This document shows, piece after piece, positions 50,283 to 59,125 of a stretch of 64,000 nt of DNA; within the stretch, counting starts at the first letter, position 1; every line of letters starts with the position of its first letter. The notes under the pieces are model-generated. The model worked only from the letters and a program-made list of their open reading frames with translations, had not been told where the DNA came from and did not search any database. The stretch is from assembly GCA_963769935.1 (NCBI GenBank), contig CAVYNY010000013.1, positions 352,001 through 416,000 of the forward strand, written 5' to 3'. Both the position numbers and the translations under genes were made by a program. The stretch is from an uncultured delta proteobacterium (lineage in GTDB: Bacteria; Desulfobacterota; Desulfobacteria; Desulfobacterales; JAFDCJ01).

Positions 50283-50459
50283 GATTTGGAAGTGTCAATT
50301 GCTCCGGAGCCGGTCTTGGTTGGCAGGATTCCCTAAAATTAAAATTTGACCGGCAAAAAGTTTAAATTCACTTAGATGTTGATATCAAATCGAATTTCGC
50401 CCAGCCGTTGGAAACTGCATCCCTAAAAAAATTTGCTCTCCCAACTTGGGCGGGACGTA

Positions 50460-50475
50460 TGGCACACGCTTTGCT
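50460..50475 (+). promoter_or_regulatory. sigma54 promoter
   Basis: TGGCAC-ACGCT-TTGCT. Confidence 0.8.
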
Positions 50476-50558
50476 CATTTAGTTGGTCGGCGAAAAATGG
50501 ATAAACAAATTCCCGCAAAATCCGGTGTCCGGCTGGAACACAACTTGAGACCAGAATA

Positions 50559-50837
50559 ATGAAAAAACCGCAAAACCCGGAAGTCACCGGCATCATCATG
50601 CCGAATAATTGGGATAAGAACGGCAATGTCATTCAAATTGCAATTTACACAAATGAAGAAGAGATCTATCTCGTGGAACACAACCACCTGGGGCAGGAGC
50701 TTTTGAATCATATCAACCGCAGGGTCGCGGTCAGAGGCAAAAAAAGGGAACGCCTGGACGGCAACAGCTATATTGCTGTTCAAAAATATATTGTCCTGGA
50801 AGAGATAGTCGAAGACGAAACTTTAATGAAATCATAG
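50559..50837 (+). CDS. Small beta-rich hypothetical protein, paralog B
   Basis: VTGIIMPNNWDKNGNVIQIAIYTNEEEIYLVE aligns by eye with 63519-63758 and 32361-32654. Confidence 0.85.
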   Translation: MKKPQNPEVTGIIMPNNWDKNGNVIQIAIYTNEEEIYLVEHNHLGQELLNHINRRVAVRGKKRERLDGNSYIAVQKYIVLEEIVEDETLMKS

Positions 50838-52238
50838 TCCGTCTTTAAACGATTCTTTTTGAATACCATACTTTACCATCAACTTGTTCAATTGACGGGC
50901 GCTGATGCCGGCATCCTGCGCGGCACTGTTTACCCGGCCCTTGTTGCGGGAAAAAAGCTCCCTGAGGTAGTGGCGCTCAAAATTTTCGACGGCTCGGCGC
51001 CGGGCCTCGGCCAATGAAAGATTGACATTTACCGGCAACACGGCGGCCGGACCGCCGGATTCGAAAAGCTCGGCGGGAAAGCCGTCCGAGGTCAGCAGCG
51101 GCGCGGTCTCAAGAATATAGGCGCGTTCCATCAGGTTTTCCAACTCACGGATGTTGCCCGGCCAATGGTAGTTTTTCAGCGCCTGAAGAACCCGCGAATG
51201 GACGGAATGAATGTTTTTGCCGTATTTCAGGTTTAATTTTTTTAAAAATACTTCCAGCAGATAGGGGATATCCTCAATGCGGTCCCTGAGCGGCGGCACT
51301 TCAACGGCAAATACGTTCAGGCGGAAGTAAAGGTCTTTTCTGAACTCTCCCTTGTTGCTCATTCCGAATAAATCGGCGTTGGTGGCGGCGATGACTCGGG
51401 CGTCGGTCTGCATAACATCTTCACCGCCGACGCGGCTGAAGGTTCCGTCCTGCAGAACCTGCAGCATCTTGACCTGTGCCGGCGGCGAAATGGTGCCGAT
51501 CTCGTCCAGAAAAATGGTGCCGCCCCGGGCCATTTCGAATTTACCCGGTTTTCGGCGGATCGCTCCCGTAAAGGCGCCTTTTTCATGACCGAACAGTTCA
51601 CTTTCCAGCAAGGTGTCCGGAATCGCTCCGCAGTGCACGCTGATGAACGGGGCATCACTGCGGTGGCTGTGCCGGTGGATCATTCTGGCCAACAGCCCCT
51701 TGCCGGTTCCGGTTTCACCCATCAGCAGCACCGTAGCCCTGGTTGGTGCAACCGCCCGAATCTTTTTGAATACTTCCCGCATACCGGCGGTGTTCGTGTG
51801 GATGACTGCCAGCCACTCGGATTTCCAGAACTGGTCCCGCAGATAGTCCAGCTCCAGATTGGTGGTATGGGATTCATTCAGGGATTCGATCACCAGCCGC
51901 ACTTCGGACGGATCAATGGGGTAGGTCAGGTAGTTGTGAGCGCCGGCTTTCACGGCCTTGACGGCCTGTCGGATCGATTCTTTTGAGGCCAGCACCACGA
52001 ACTCTGTTAAAAAATTCGATTCCTTAAACGGCTTTACGGCATCCGTATAATCGTTGGCCGGCGAAGCTTCGCCCAAAACCGTCAAATCGGAAAAGATAAC
52101 ATCGAATAAACGCTGACGGTGAAGACCGAGCGCACCCTGAATACTGTCCGAATGCTCCGTATGATAGTCCGGCGGCAGCGATGACCGGATCAGGCGGGCA
52201 ATCTCTTGGTCCGGTGCTATAATGAGCACAGATTTCAT
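50832..52238 (-). CDS. sigma54-dependent activator with atypical receiver domain, paralog 1
   Basis: GETGTGKG, VHCGAIP, GAFTGA, FLDEI, GNIREL, HTH AAQDAGISARQLNKLM. Confidence 0.93.
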   Translation of the reverse strand: MKSVLIIAPDQEIARLIRSSLPPDYHTEHSDSIQGALGLHRQRLFDVIFSDLTVLGEASPANDYTDAVKPFKESNFLTEFVVLASKESIRQAVKAVKAGAHNYLTYPIDPSEVRLVIESLNESHTTNLELDYLRDQFWKSEWLAVIHTNTAGMREVFKKIRAVAPTRATVLLMGETGTGKGLLARMIHRHSHRSDAPFISVHCGAIPDTLLESELFGHEKGAFTGAIRRKPGKFEMARGGTIFLDEIGTISPPAQVKMLQVLQDGTFSRVGGEDVMQTDARVIAATNADLFGMSNKGEFRKDLYFRLNVFAVEVPPLRDRIEDIPYLLEVFLKKLNLKYGKNIHSVHSRVLQALKNYHWPGNIRELENLMERAYILETAPLLTSDGFPAELFESGGPAAVLPVNVNLSLAEARRRAVENFERHYLRELFSRNKGRVNSAAQDAGISARQLNKLMVKYGIQKESFKDGL

Positions 52239-52545
52239 TTACTTATACCTAATCCGGCAAAGCCGGTGGGAAGCGGACGGGTGCTCCCCGGGTGTAAATC
52301 CCGATTTATTGGGGATCTAATTGCCACAAAGCGAAACCTTCGATTTGCTAATTTCTTTTCGTCTTCGCGGCAAATTTACTTTGTCATAAAATGCACTGAA
52401 TCCGCAAGCTAAAACACCGGATGCGGACGGAATAATTTTTGCGATGATAGCGTATAATCGATCAAAAAAAAATGGCAAATTTTTCAATTCCCCAAAAAAT
52501 GCTCTCGCTGAAATACCGAGATAGGGAGTCTGCTGTTCGCCGGAT

Positions 52546-52791
52546 TTGAACCCGATTGTAAAAGAACCGCCGGAGACAAAGTGCAGTCAAATTCCGCATC
52601 AATTTATAATCAGAACGGGTGTGCCTTTTCAGGAGCTGGTACAAGCTGCTCTGGCGGAAAAGGTCGATATGGTGGTGATGGGTACCAAGGGAAGAGGCAA
52701 CATTGCCGGTATCTTGATGGGCTCGCAGGCCGAAAAGATGTTTCGCCATTGCCCGGTGCCGTTGCTCAGTATTCGGGAAAAAGAGGATTAA
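52546..52791 (+). pseudogene. C-terminal fragment of a universal stress protein
   Basis: GVPFQELVQAA..EKVDMVVMGTKGR...LMGSQAEKMFRHCPVPLLSIR; no recognisable N-terminal half. Confidence 0.72.
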
Positions 52792-52810
52792 AATTGACGT
52801 GATCCCGGCC

Positions 52811-52952
52811 TCCGGCTCGTAGAGCCTACGCCTCGGAGAGATACTGGTTTCTGGATACGACTCGACTGAGCTCGCCGAAGTCTAGATGTTTCTGGATCTC
52901 ACTTGCAGCGAATCCCGGAATATCCAGCATCAAGTATCCAGCATCCAGCATC
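52811..52952. repeat. Dispersed hairpin repeat copy 2 plus inverted 7-mer repeat
   Basis: TCCGGCTCGTAGAGCCTACGCCTCGGAGAG; GATACTGGTTTCTGGAT ... ATCCAGCATCAAGTATCCAGCATCCAGCATC, with a hairpin GACTCGACTGAGCTCGCCGAAGTC nested inside. Confidence 0.75.
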
Positions 52953-53030
52953 GTCCCGGCAGAAACGACTGCGTTACTTCTACCCCACATGAAGAGTTAA
53001 ATACAATTATGCGACGTTAGGGTGAAGTTA

Positions 53031-53186
53031 GGGTTCACGAAAAAATTAATTCACAGTTTTAGGCGCTGAGGCGCTCTTCCGGCAAAGCGCGAAAACGCAG
53101 GAATATCTGGATATTCCGAGCTTTCACAACGCAGCCGGAAGAGATGGACCGGCGTATAAAATGTGAAGTTGTTTTTGAGTGAGCCC
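53031..53186. mobile_element. 156 bp MITE, copy 2
   Basis: Same TIRs and core as 32754-32909, flanked by TTA...TTA; the right TTA is the stop codon of the adjacent minus-strand gene. Confidence 0.88.
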
Positions 53187-53543
53187 TTAGGCGACCTTCT
53201 GCAGTCTTTTCTCGATTCTGACGGTACCGGTATCCTTGCTGAACCAGCCGAAGAACAGAATCATATCCGGATGGTCGTCCAAAGAATTGTAATTTTTAAT
53301 CACCACGCCCTGGCGGGCCGCATCAGTGGGGTCGAAGACTCTGACTTCAAATGCATGCTTTTCCTCGGCTTTCGGACGCAGGGCACATTTCAGACTCCAC
53401 ACCCAATCCGGGTCTTCCTTCAGACGAGTCACCATATGCATTCCCACGCGGTCCGGCAGGTCCTTGGGTTTCGCTAATTTAACCTCACTGCTGCCGGAGG
53501 AATTTTCACCTTGTTTTTCCTTTTGCCAAAATTTCCAGCTCAT
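53187..53543 (-). CDS. Hypothetical protein (MSWKFWQK...)
   Basis: 118 aa ORF with globular composition, AAGG upstream and its own sigma54 promoter. Confidence 0.8.
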   Translation of the reverse strand: MSWKFWQKEKQGENSSGSSEVKLAKPKDLPDRVGMHMVTRLKEDPDWVWSLKCALRPKAEEKHAFEVRVFDPTDAARQGVVIKNYNSLDDHPDMILFFGWFSKDTGTVRIEKRLQKVA

Positions 53544-53600
53544 GACACCGACCTTTCAATTTCAGGTTTGTTGCCAGAAGAAGATGGATGATTTTATAAT

Positions 53601-53682
53601 AGCAAGTCTCATGCCAAATAGTAATTGAATGATTTTATTATAATTAGTATTATCGTAATCGAAAATCAGAACCGGAAATTCC
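53601..53682 (-). promoter_or_regulatory. sigma54 promoter plus palindromic activator site
   Basis: Minus TGGCAT-GAGAC-TTGCT (53601-53616); AT-rich spacer; AGAA-CCGGAAA-TTCC (53668-53682). Confidence 0.75.
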
Positions 53683-53714
53683 GACTTTTAAAAAACTTGA
53701 TTAGCGAGGAGCTA

Positions 53715-55156
53715 ATGGAAAGCCTCGGCTCACTGGGATTGATTAAAGCATTGCTTAATTGGCGGACAGCGCTGGACATCCTTCTGATGGCGGCCGGACT
53801 ATTTTTTTTGTACCGCACATTACTGCGTCTCGGAACCTGGCGGATATTTGTCGGCATTCTGGCGGCTTTAGGCCTTTTTCTCATCGCCAGTCTCCTGGAT
53901 CTCAGGGGCCTCGAATGGATTTTCGGCAACCTCAGTCAGGTAGCTGTGATCGCGCTGATCGTCATCTTTCAGCCGGAAATTAGAAAAATATTTGAACGCG
54001 CTGTATCGGTTAGACGCGCTGAAACGGGGATAGAGAGGATGAACTTTCACAAATAGCGGCCGAGTCCCTGTGGAAATTGGCCCAGCAGCACCGGGGAGCC
54101 ATTGTGGTCTTTCCCGGCAAAGAGCCCATCGATGAATGGCTTTCGGGCGGCTTTAAGTTGGATGCCAAGCCGAGCAGCCCCTTGATCATGAGCATCTTCG
54201 ATCCGAACTCGCCCGGACATGACGGCGCCCTCATTATTCAAAACGGAAAATTCAAGCGATTCGGCGTTCGCCTGCCGGTATCCCAGAGTTCCAGGCTGCC
54301 TGAAGAATACGGTACCCGCCACCACGCGGCCATGGGCCTGGCGGAGAAGTCGGATGCACTGGTTATTGTTGTATCGGAAGAACGCGGCCGGGTATCTATT
54401 TTCAAGGATCGCCGTTTCCGCACGGTGACCGACCTTGATCAAATCGGTAAAAGAATTATTTCCCATTGGAAAGACACGACTTCATACTTCAATAAAATGC
54501 CCGATCGAGAATCAAGGTGGAAACTACTGCCCCAGGTCTTTGCAAGTCTGGTCGTGGCGGTGTTTTTTTGGTCGACATTAATTACTGCCCAGGGCGAGAT
54601 GCTCGAAAAGATCATTGCCGTCCCGGTTGAATACACGGCATCCCCGGCCAATCTTATGCTGATCGGTGACAAGCAGAAAGAAGTCCGCCTGCATCTCGCC
54701 GGTTCGCGCTCAGACCTTGATTCCATTAACCCGTCGCAATTAAATGTAACGGTGGACCTTTCCAAGGCCGCCGCCGGCAAGCAAACCTTTCCAATTACCG
54801 CTGAAAATATTCGATTGCCGCGCGATGTCAAACTACTCGATGTAATTCCTTCCGGTGTGGAGCTGACCCTGGCCGAAATTGAAGAACGTGAAGTGCCGAT
54901 TATGCCGCAGTTGATCGGCAAACTGCCCGACAACCTGAAGATTTTGGATTTGAAAATTATTCCCGCCAAAGTTAAAGTGCTTTCGCCGGCCGCCGTTGGC
55001 AAGGACAATGCCGCCAGCATCATCACCACACCGATTTACCTTGAGGGCATTTACAACGATACCAGCGTCTTCTGCAAAATCATCGCACCATCGGCCTTTC
55101 AGCCGGCAGAAAAGCGCTGGCCGGATGTCGAAGTGCAGATCAAGGTAGGTAATTAA
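53715..55156 (+). CDS. dacA: Membrane diadenylate cyclase (CdaA-like) fused to a YbbR/CdaR-like region; one frameshift near 54026-54029
   Basis: 3 TM helices + VIFQPEIR, then in a shifted frame RGAIVV, SIF.P.SPGHDGA, GTRHHAA.G, VVSEERG; a further TM and YbbR-like beta domain (V.L.G...DL...L.VTVDLS). Confidence 0.85.
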
Positions 55157-55305
55157 TCCGCCCGGAAAGACAGCGCTTCCAGAGTTGTAAATTATTTTTC
55201 AAAAAATGAAAAAAGTAGTCACATCGAAGGGTGGCGGATTAATTACTTTATGCTGCGCGATAATATTTTTATATTTTCCTTTAAATTCATTCTATCTGCT
55301 AGCGA

Positions 55306-55521
55306 CTATTTTTGGGCTTTGTTTTTTTGTTGCTGCCTGCGTTTGGGAAATGCCAGCAGGAATCCGGCGATAACTCCCACGGCCAGCGTACCAAACAGCA
55401 TTAATGCCCTGGATATGGAAAAAGTCCACAACAGAAATTGGAATTCGACGACCTGCGTATTTTGAATGACAAAAATGAGCACGACCGCGATGAGTATGAT
55501 AAATAAAGTGTTCCTGAACAT
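55306..55521 (-). CDS. LapA/DUF1049 family small membrane protein
   Basis: IFVIQNTQVVEFQFLLW motif between two TM helices; AAGGAGG RBS. Confidence 0.85.
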   Translation of the reverse strand: MFRNTLFIILIAVVLIFVIQNTQVVEFQFLLWTFSISRALMLFGTLAVGVIAGFLLAFPKRRQQQKNKAQK

Positions 55522-55601
55522 AATCGCCTCCTTTCTGCTTTGGTGCTTCAGCAACAAAACGCACAGCGGTAAAAATTTTCTTTTGGAAAAATTATCAGCT
55601 T

Positions 55602-56450
55602 TTACCAGTGCGGCTGATTGCCGATGCGTTTGCCCATGACTTCAAGCGTATCCGACACCACCACAAAGGCATCCGAATCAACTTTGCGAATCAGCTCTTT
55701 TAACCTGGCAAGTTCTTGAAAGGTCATGACCGAGTAAAGAATGCGTCTTTCCTGTCCGCTGAAGCCGCCCTCACCCCGCACGACCGTGACGCCGCGCTGC
55801 AAGTTGTTGATGATTTCCTGTGAGATCTTTTCCCATTGGGGAGAGATGATCATGATGGCTTTGCGCTGGCTGAGTCCGGTAACCACCAGATTCACAAAGT
55901 GTGAAGTAACATATAAATAGATGAGAGTGTAAAGAACCATTTCCAGGGGGATTTTAAAAGCCGCCGCTATCATCAGCAACGCGTTGAAAACCATGACGGT
56001 CGTCCCGAGCCGGATGGAAAATTTTTTGTACAAAATAACCGAAAGGATGTCCAGACCGCCGGCCGATCCCAATGAGCGCAAAATGATGCCGGATCCCGTC
56101 CCGGTGACAATACCGGCCGTCAGGGCGGCGAGAATCATATCTTTTATCTGAAAAATCGGGAAGGGGTAAAGCATGACGGCCGAAAAAATAAAGAGACCGG
56201 CCAGGCTGTAGAAAAAAAACCGCCGTCCGACAAACAGCCAGCCGATTAAAAACAGCGGTAGGTTCAGTAAAAAGTAAATCACACCTACCGGCAGTGAAGG
56301 CAGCATGTAATGCACCAATAAAGCCAGACCCGTAACGCCGCCGGCCAAAAATTGCTTCGGTATAAGAATACCCTTGATGGCCGCAGCGCAGATAATGCTG
56401 CCGACGCTGATCAGCAGCAAATTCCATAACAGTGTTTTGATTGGTTTCAT
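55602..56450 (-). CDS. YitT family membrane protein
   Basis: [23 protein letters not shown]...GEGG, DSDAFV. Confidence 0.92.
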   Translation of the reverse strand: MKPIKTLLWNLLLISVGSIICAAAIKGILIPKQFLAGGVTGLALLVHYMLPSLPVGVIYFLLNLPLFLIGWLFVGRRFFFYSLAGLFIFSAVMLYPFPIFQIKDMILAALTAGIVTGTGSGIILRSLGSAGGLDILSVILYKKFSIRLGTTVMVFNALLMIAAAFKIPLEMVLYTLIYLYVTSHFVNLVVTGLSQRKAIMIISPQWEKISQEIINNLQRGVTVVRGEGGFSGQERRILYSVMTFQELARLKELIRKVDSDAFVVVSDTLEVMGKRIGNQPHW

Positions 56451-57508
56451 AAATCAAACCCCAATCCGGGTTTGCCGGTCGGATACAAAACCCCCTCCTT
56501 CAGGATGACGGCACCGGCCGATGGATCATTGATTAGATCCAGGTGGCCGTCCAGATCGGCATACACCACATTGGGGCGTGCCAGTGCAAAGTGCAGGCCG
56601 GCGGCGATCGCCAGGGCGGCCTCATCCATGCATCCCACCATGACTTCAAACCCCGCAGCCCGCGACACCGCATTGATGCGCACGGCTTCGGAAATTCCGC
56701 CGACTTTCATCAGCTTGATGTTGATCATGTCCACCAGACTGCGTCGTGCCAGACGAAATGCATCTTTTAGATTCATGATGCTCTCGTCGGCCATCACCGG
56801 AATCGGTGCCTTAGCGGTAATTCGTCCCAGCAATTCGAAATCCTGGCGGGCAGTCGGCTGTTCGATCAATTCCAGCCCGGCGGAGCGGGTTGCCTGCACG
56901 AAGTGCAGCGCATCTTCTTCATTATAACCCTGGTTGGCGTCGAAGCGAATTTCGATCCGCGGGCCCAGCGCTTCGCGAACTTTCAGGATGCGTTCGATAT
57001 CCTCGGCGGCATTTTTACCGCCTTTAATTTTGAGCACCCTAAAGCCCCTGTCCACATGCCCGCGCGCTTTGGCAACGGTTTCGGCCACCGGCAGGATGCC
57101 GATGGTGATGCTGGTTTTGATGCGGGTGCGAAACCCGCCCAGCAGCCGGCAGACCGGAAATCCGGCCGCCTTACCGAGAATATCGTACAGCGCCATGTCC
57201 GTCATGGCCGCGGCGGAGGGATGCTTGACCAGGATCGGCGCCAGTTTCTCGGTCAGCAACGCAATTCGCAGCGGATCGGATCCTTTCAGCACGGACTCGA
57301 TGACATCACCAAAAACCTTAACCACGGAATGCGGCGTTTCGCCGGTGACCTGCTCATCCGGGGCGGCACAGCCGAATCCGTTGATACCGGCGCTGGTCTC
57401 GATGCGCAAAAAAATATTCTCCACGGCCGCGATGGTCTCATAAGCGATCGTGTAGGGTTCCGTCAGCCGCATTTTAACCGGCCATATTTCAAGGCTGGTA
57501 ATTTTCAT
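56447..57508 (-). CDS. Dipeptide epimerase / N-acyl amino acid racemase (enolase superfamily, DgcA-like)
   Basis: LKIK, DANQG, EQP, ADES, NIKLMK.GG, DLDG. Confidence 0.9.
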   Translation of the reverse strand: MKITSLEIWPVKMRLTEPYTIAYETIAAVENIFLRIETSAGINGFGCAAPDEQVTGETPHSVVKVFGDVIESVLKGSDPLRIALLTEKLAPILVKHPSAAAMTDMALYDILGKAAGFPVCRLLGGFRTRIKTSITIGILPVAETVAKARGHVDRGFRVLKIKGGKNAAEDIERILKVREALGPRIEIRFDANQGYNEEDALHFVQATRSAGLELIEQPTARQDFELLGRITAKAPIPVMADESIMNLKDAFRLARRSLVDMINIKLMKVGGISEAVRINAVSRAAGFEVMVGCMDEAALAIAAGLHFALARPNVVYADLDGHLDLINDPSAGAVILKEGVLYPTGKPGLGFDL

Positions 57509-57732
57509 TTATGGTAGTTCCTATGATGGATTTCTTCCAACGTCATATATTTTAGATCTGCTACCATCGCAACCAGATGGGCAATCAGGATTTCCCAAAT
57601 TTTACGGCCTTTGGCGGCGCCGGCCTTGGTGGGATCACCCCTTACCCCGGTTTTTGATATTTTGCGGGTAGGCGCATACCACCGAACGCCGCGCTTGGAG
57701 GTAAAATCCAGGTAGCGGCTGACACCGGAAAC
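57505..57732 (-). pseudogene. 3' remnant of a creatininase/amidohydrolase family gene
   Basis: Not in the ORF track. Translates ...KISKTGVRGDPTKAGAAKGRKIWEILIAHLV..., the creatininase C-terminal motif. Its stop overlaps the epimerase ATG (ATGA), and there is no start codon for this segment. Confidence 0.7.
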
Positions 57733-57751
57733 CTCTAAAAAATTAAAGCAC

Positions 57752-58825
57752 TCATCTCAGAAATTCCGCCAAAAGATCCGCCAAGCCATCCGCGCCGTCG
57801 CGCAGGACATCAAAGGTCGGCAAACCAATAACCTTTTGAACGGCATCGCATACCAGCGGTATCCGGTCGTCGGCAATTTCTTCATGATTTAGCGTGACGG
57901 CCACCACGGGTTTGCCGGACAACAGCTCGATTACCTGTACCTGGCGGGCAAGCGGATGAATCGGATAGCCGGGGAACCCATCATATTCCTTGCGGGCCGG
58001 GGCATGCTGCAGAACAACGACATCCGGCCGGCCGGCCGCCAGAATCTCAAAGCCGCCGGGATAGGCCGGATTCATCAAACTGCCCTGGCCTTCGATCACA
58101 ATAACCTCCGGTGCAGCTTCCTGCCAGGCGCGCCAGACGGCAAACTCGATCTCACCGGAAACAAAATCGTTGATCAGCGAATCCATGACGACACCGAATC
58201 TGGCACCCTGCATCCAGGCGGTCTGCCCGGTTCCAACCAGTTCGGCCCGTCGCGCTTTTCTGCGAAAAGCGTCGACAATCAGCCAGGCCGTGGTTCGTTT
58301 GCCGACGGCTGAATCGGTCCCCAGCACGGCGATTTTCAGAGATTTCACCTGTTCGATCAGACCGCTGAAAAAATGAAGTTCATCGCGCGGCGGCGGTTTG
58401 CGGACATCCCGTATAGCCACCCGGTGCTGGGCGGCCAGTTCCGCCATCTCACGATCATCGGAGAGAAAGTCGTGCAGCCCGCAATCCACGTTGAGACCGC
58501 AACTGATAGCGGTTTTAAGGTCCAGTCGGGCTGTCTTGCTGAGTCGACCGCCGTCCGGCGCCAATCCCATAACCAGGTGGGTGGCCGGCGCATCACCGTG
58601 CCGCGCTGCTTGCAGGGCATCTGCAATACCAGCAAAAATCGGAACGCCCTTGGGTTTGCCGTCCAGCACGTCGCCGGCATCGCGCCCGGCGTAATGCGAA
58701 TCGATCACGGACAATACGCGGTAGCGCTGGGTAAACCGCACCAGTCCATGAGCGGTTTTGCCGTTGAGTGTATTAAATCCCCCTTCACAATATACGATGG
58801 CGTTGCCTTCCGGCATTTGAGTCAT
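57752..58825 (-). CDS. DUF1611 family protein (DgcN-like)
   Basis: GKTAHGLVR, APDGG, GLHDFL, GTDSAVGKRTT, TGQT, DF.SGE.E, EGQGSL. Confidence 0.9.
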   Translation of the reverse strand: MTQMPEGNAIVYCEGGFNTLNGKTAHGLVRFTQRYRVLSVIDSHYAGRDAGDVLDGKPKGVPIFAGIADALQAARHGDAPATHLVMGLAPDGGRLSKTARLDLKTAISCGLNVDCGLHDFLSDDREMAELAAQHRVAIRDVRKPPPRDELHFFSGLIEQVKSLKIAVLGTDSAVGKRTTAWLIVDAFRRKARRAELVGTGQTAWMQGARFGVVMDSLINDFVSGEIEFAVWRAWQEAAPEVIVIEGQGSLMNPAYPGGFEILAAGRPDVVVLQHAPARKEYDGFPGYPIHPLARQVQVIELLSGKPVVAVTLNHEEIADDRIPLVCDAVQKVIGLPTFDVLRDGADGLADLLAEFLR

Positions 58826-59125
58826 ACTTTCCCCCCGTCAGCACCGCCACATAACGATCACCCGACAGGGGTTCACGCATGTGTCGGGTCATCAATGCAA
58901 TCAAGCCGGCCGTGGAAGCCGACAGCACCTGCAACCCTGCTTTCTGTCGAATCAAACTTGCATAATTGCGCACCGCGCAGCCCGTCGTAAATCTCATTGC
59001 AAATAAAAAGGTAAAATTAAGGTTGCCAAAAGTACTTGCGAGTGTCGAGCTATCCGCTTAATTTTGGGTTATATATCCGATAATTGTCAAGACCGATCAA
59101 TAGTATATGGCTTTTCCGATATGCG

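Noticed and set aside
52428..52443. sigma54 promoter for the USP remnant (CGGAAT-AATTT-TTGCG)
   Set aside because: Spacing is right, but the -24 element is a poor match and there is no supporting palindrome.
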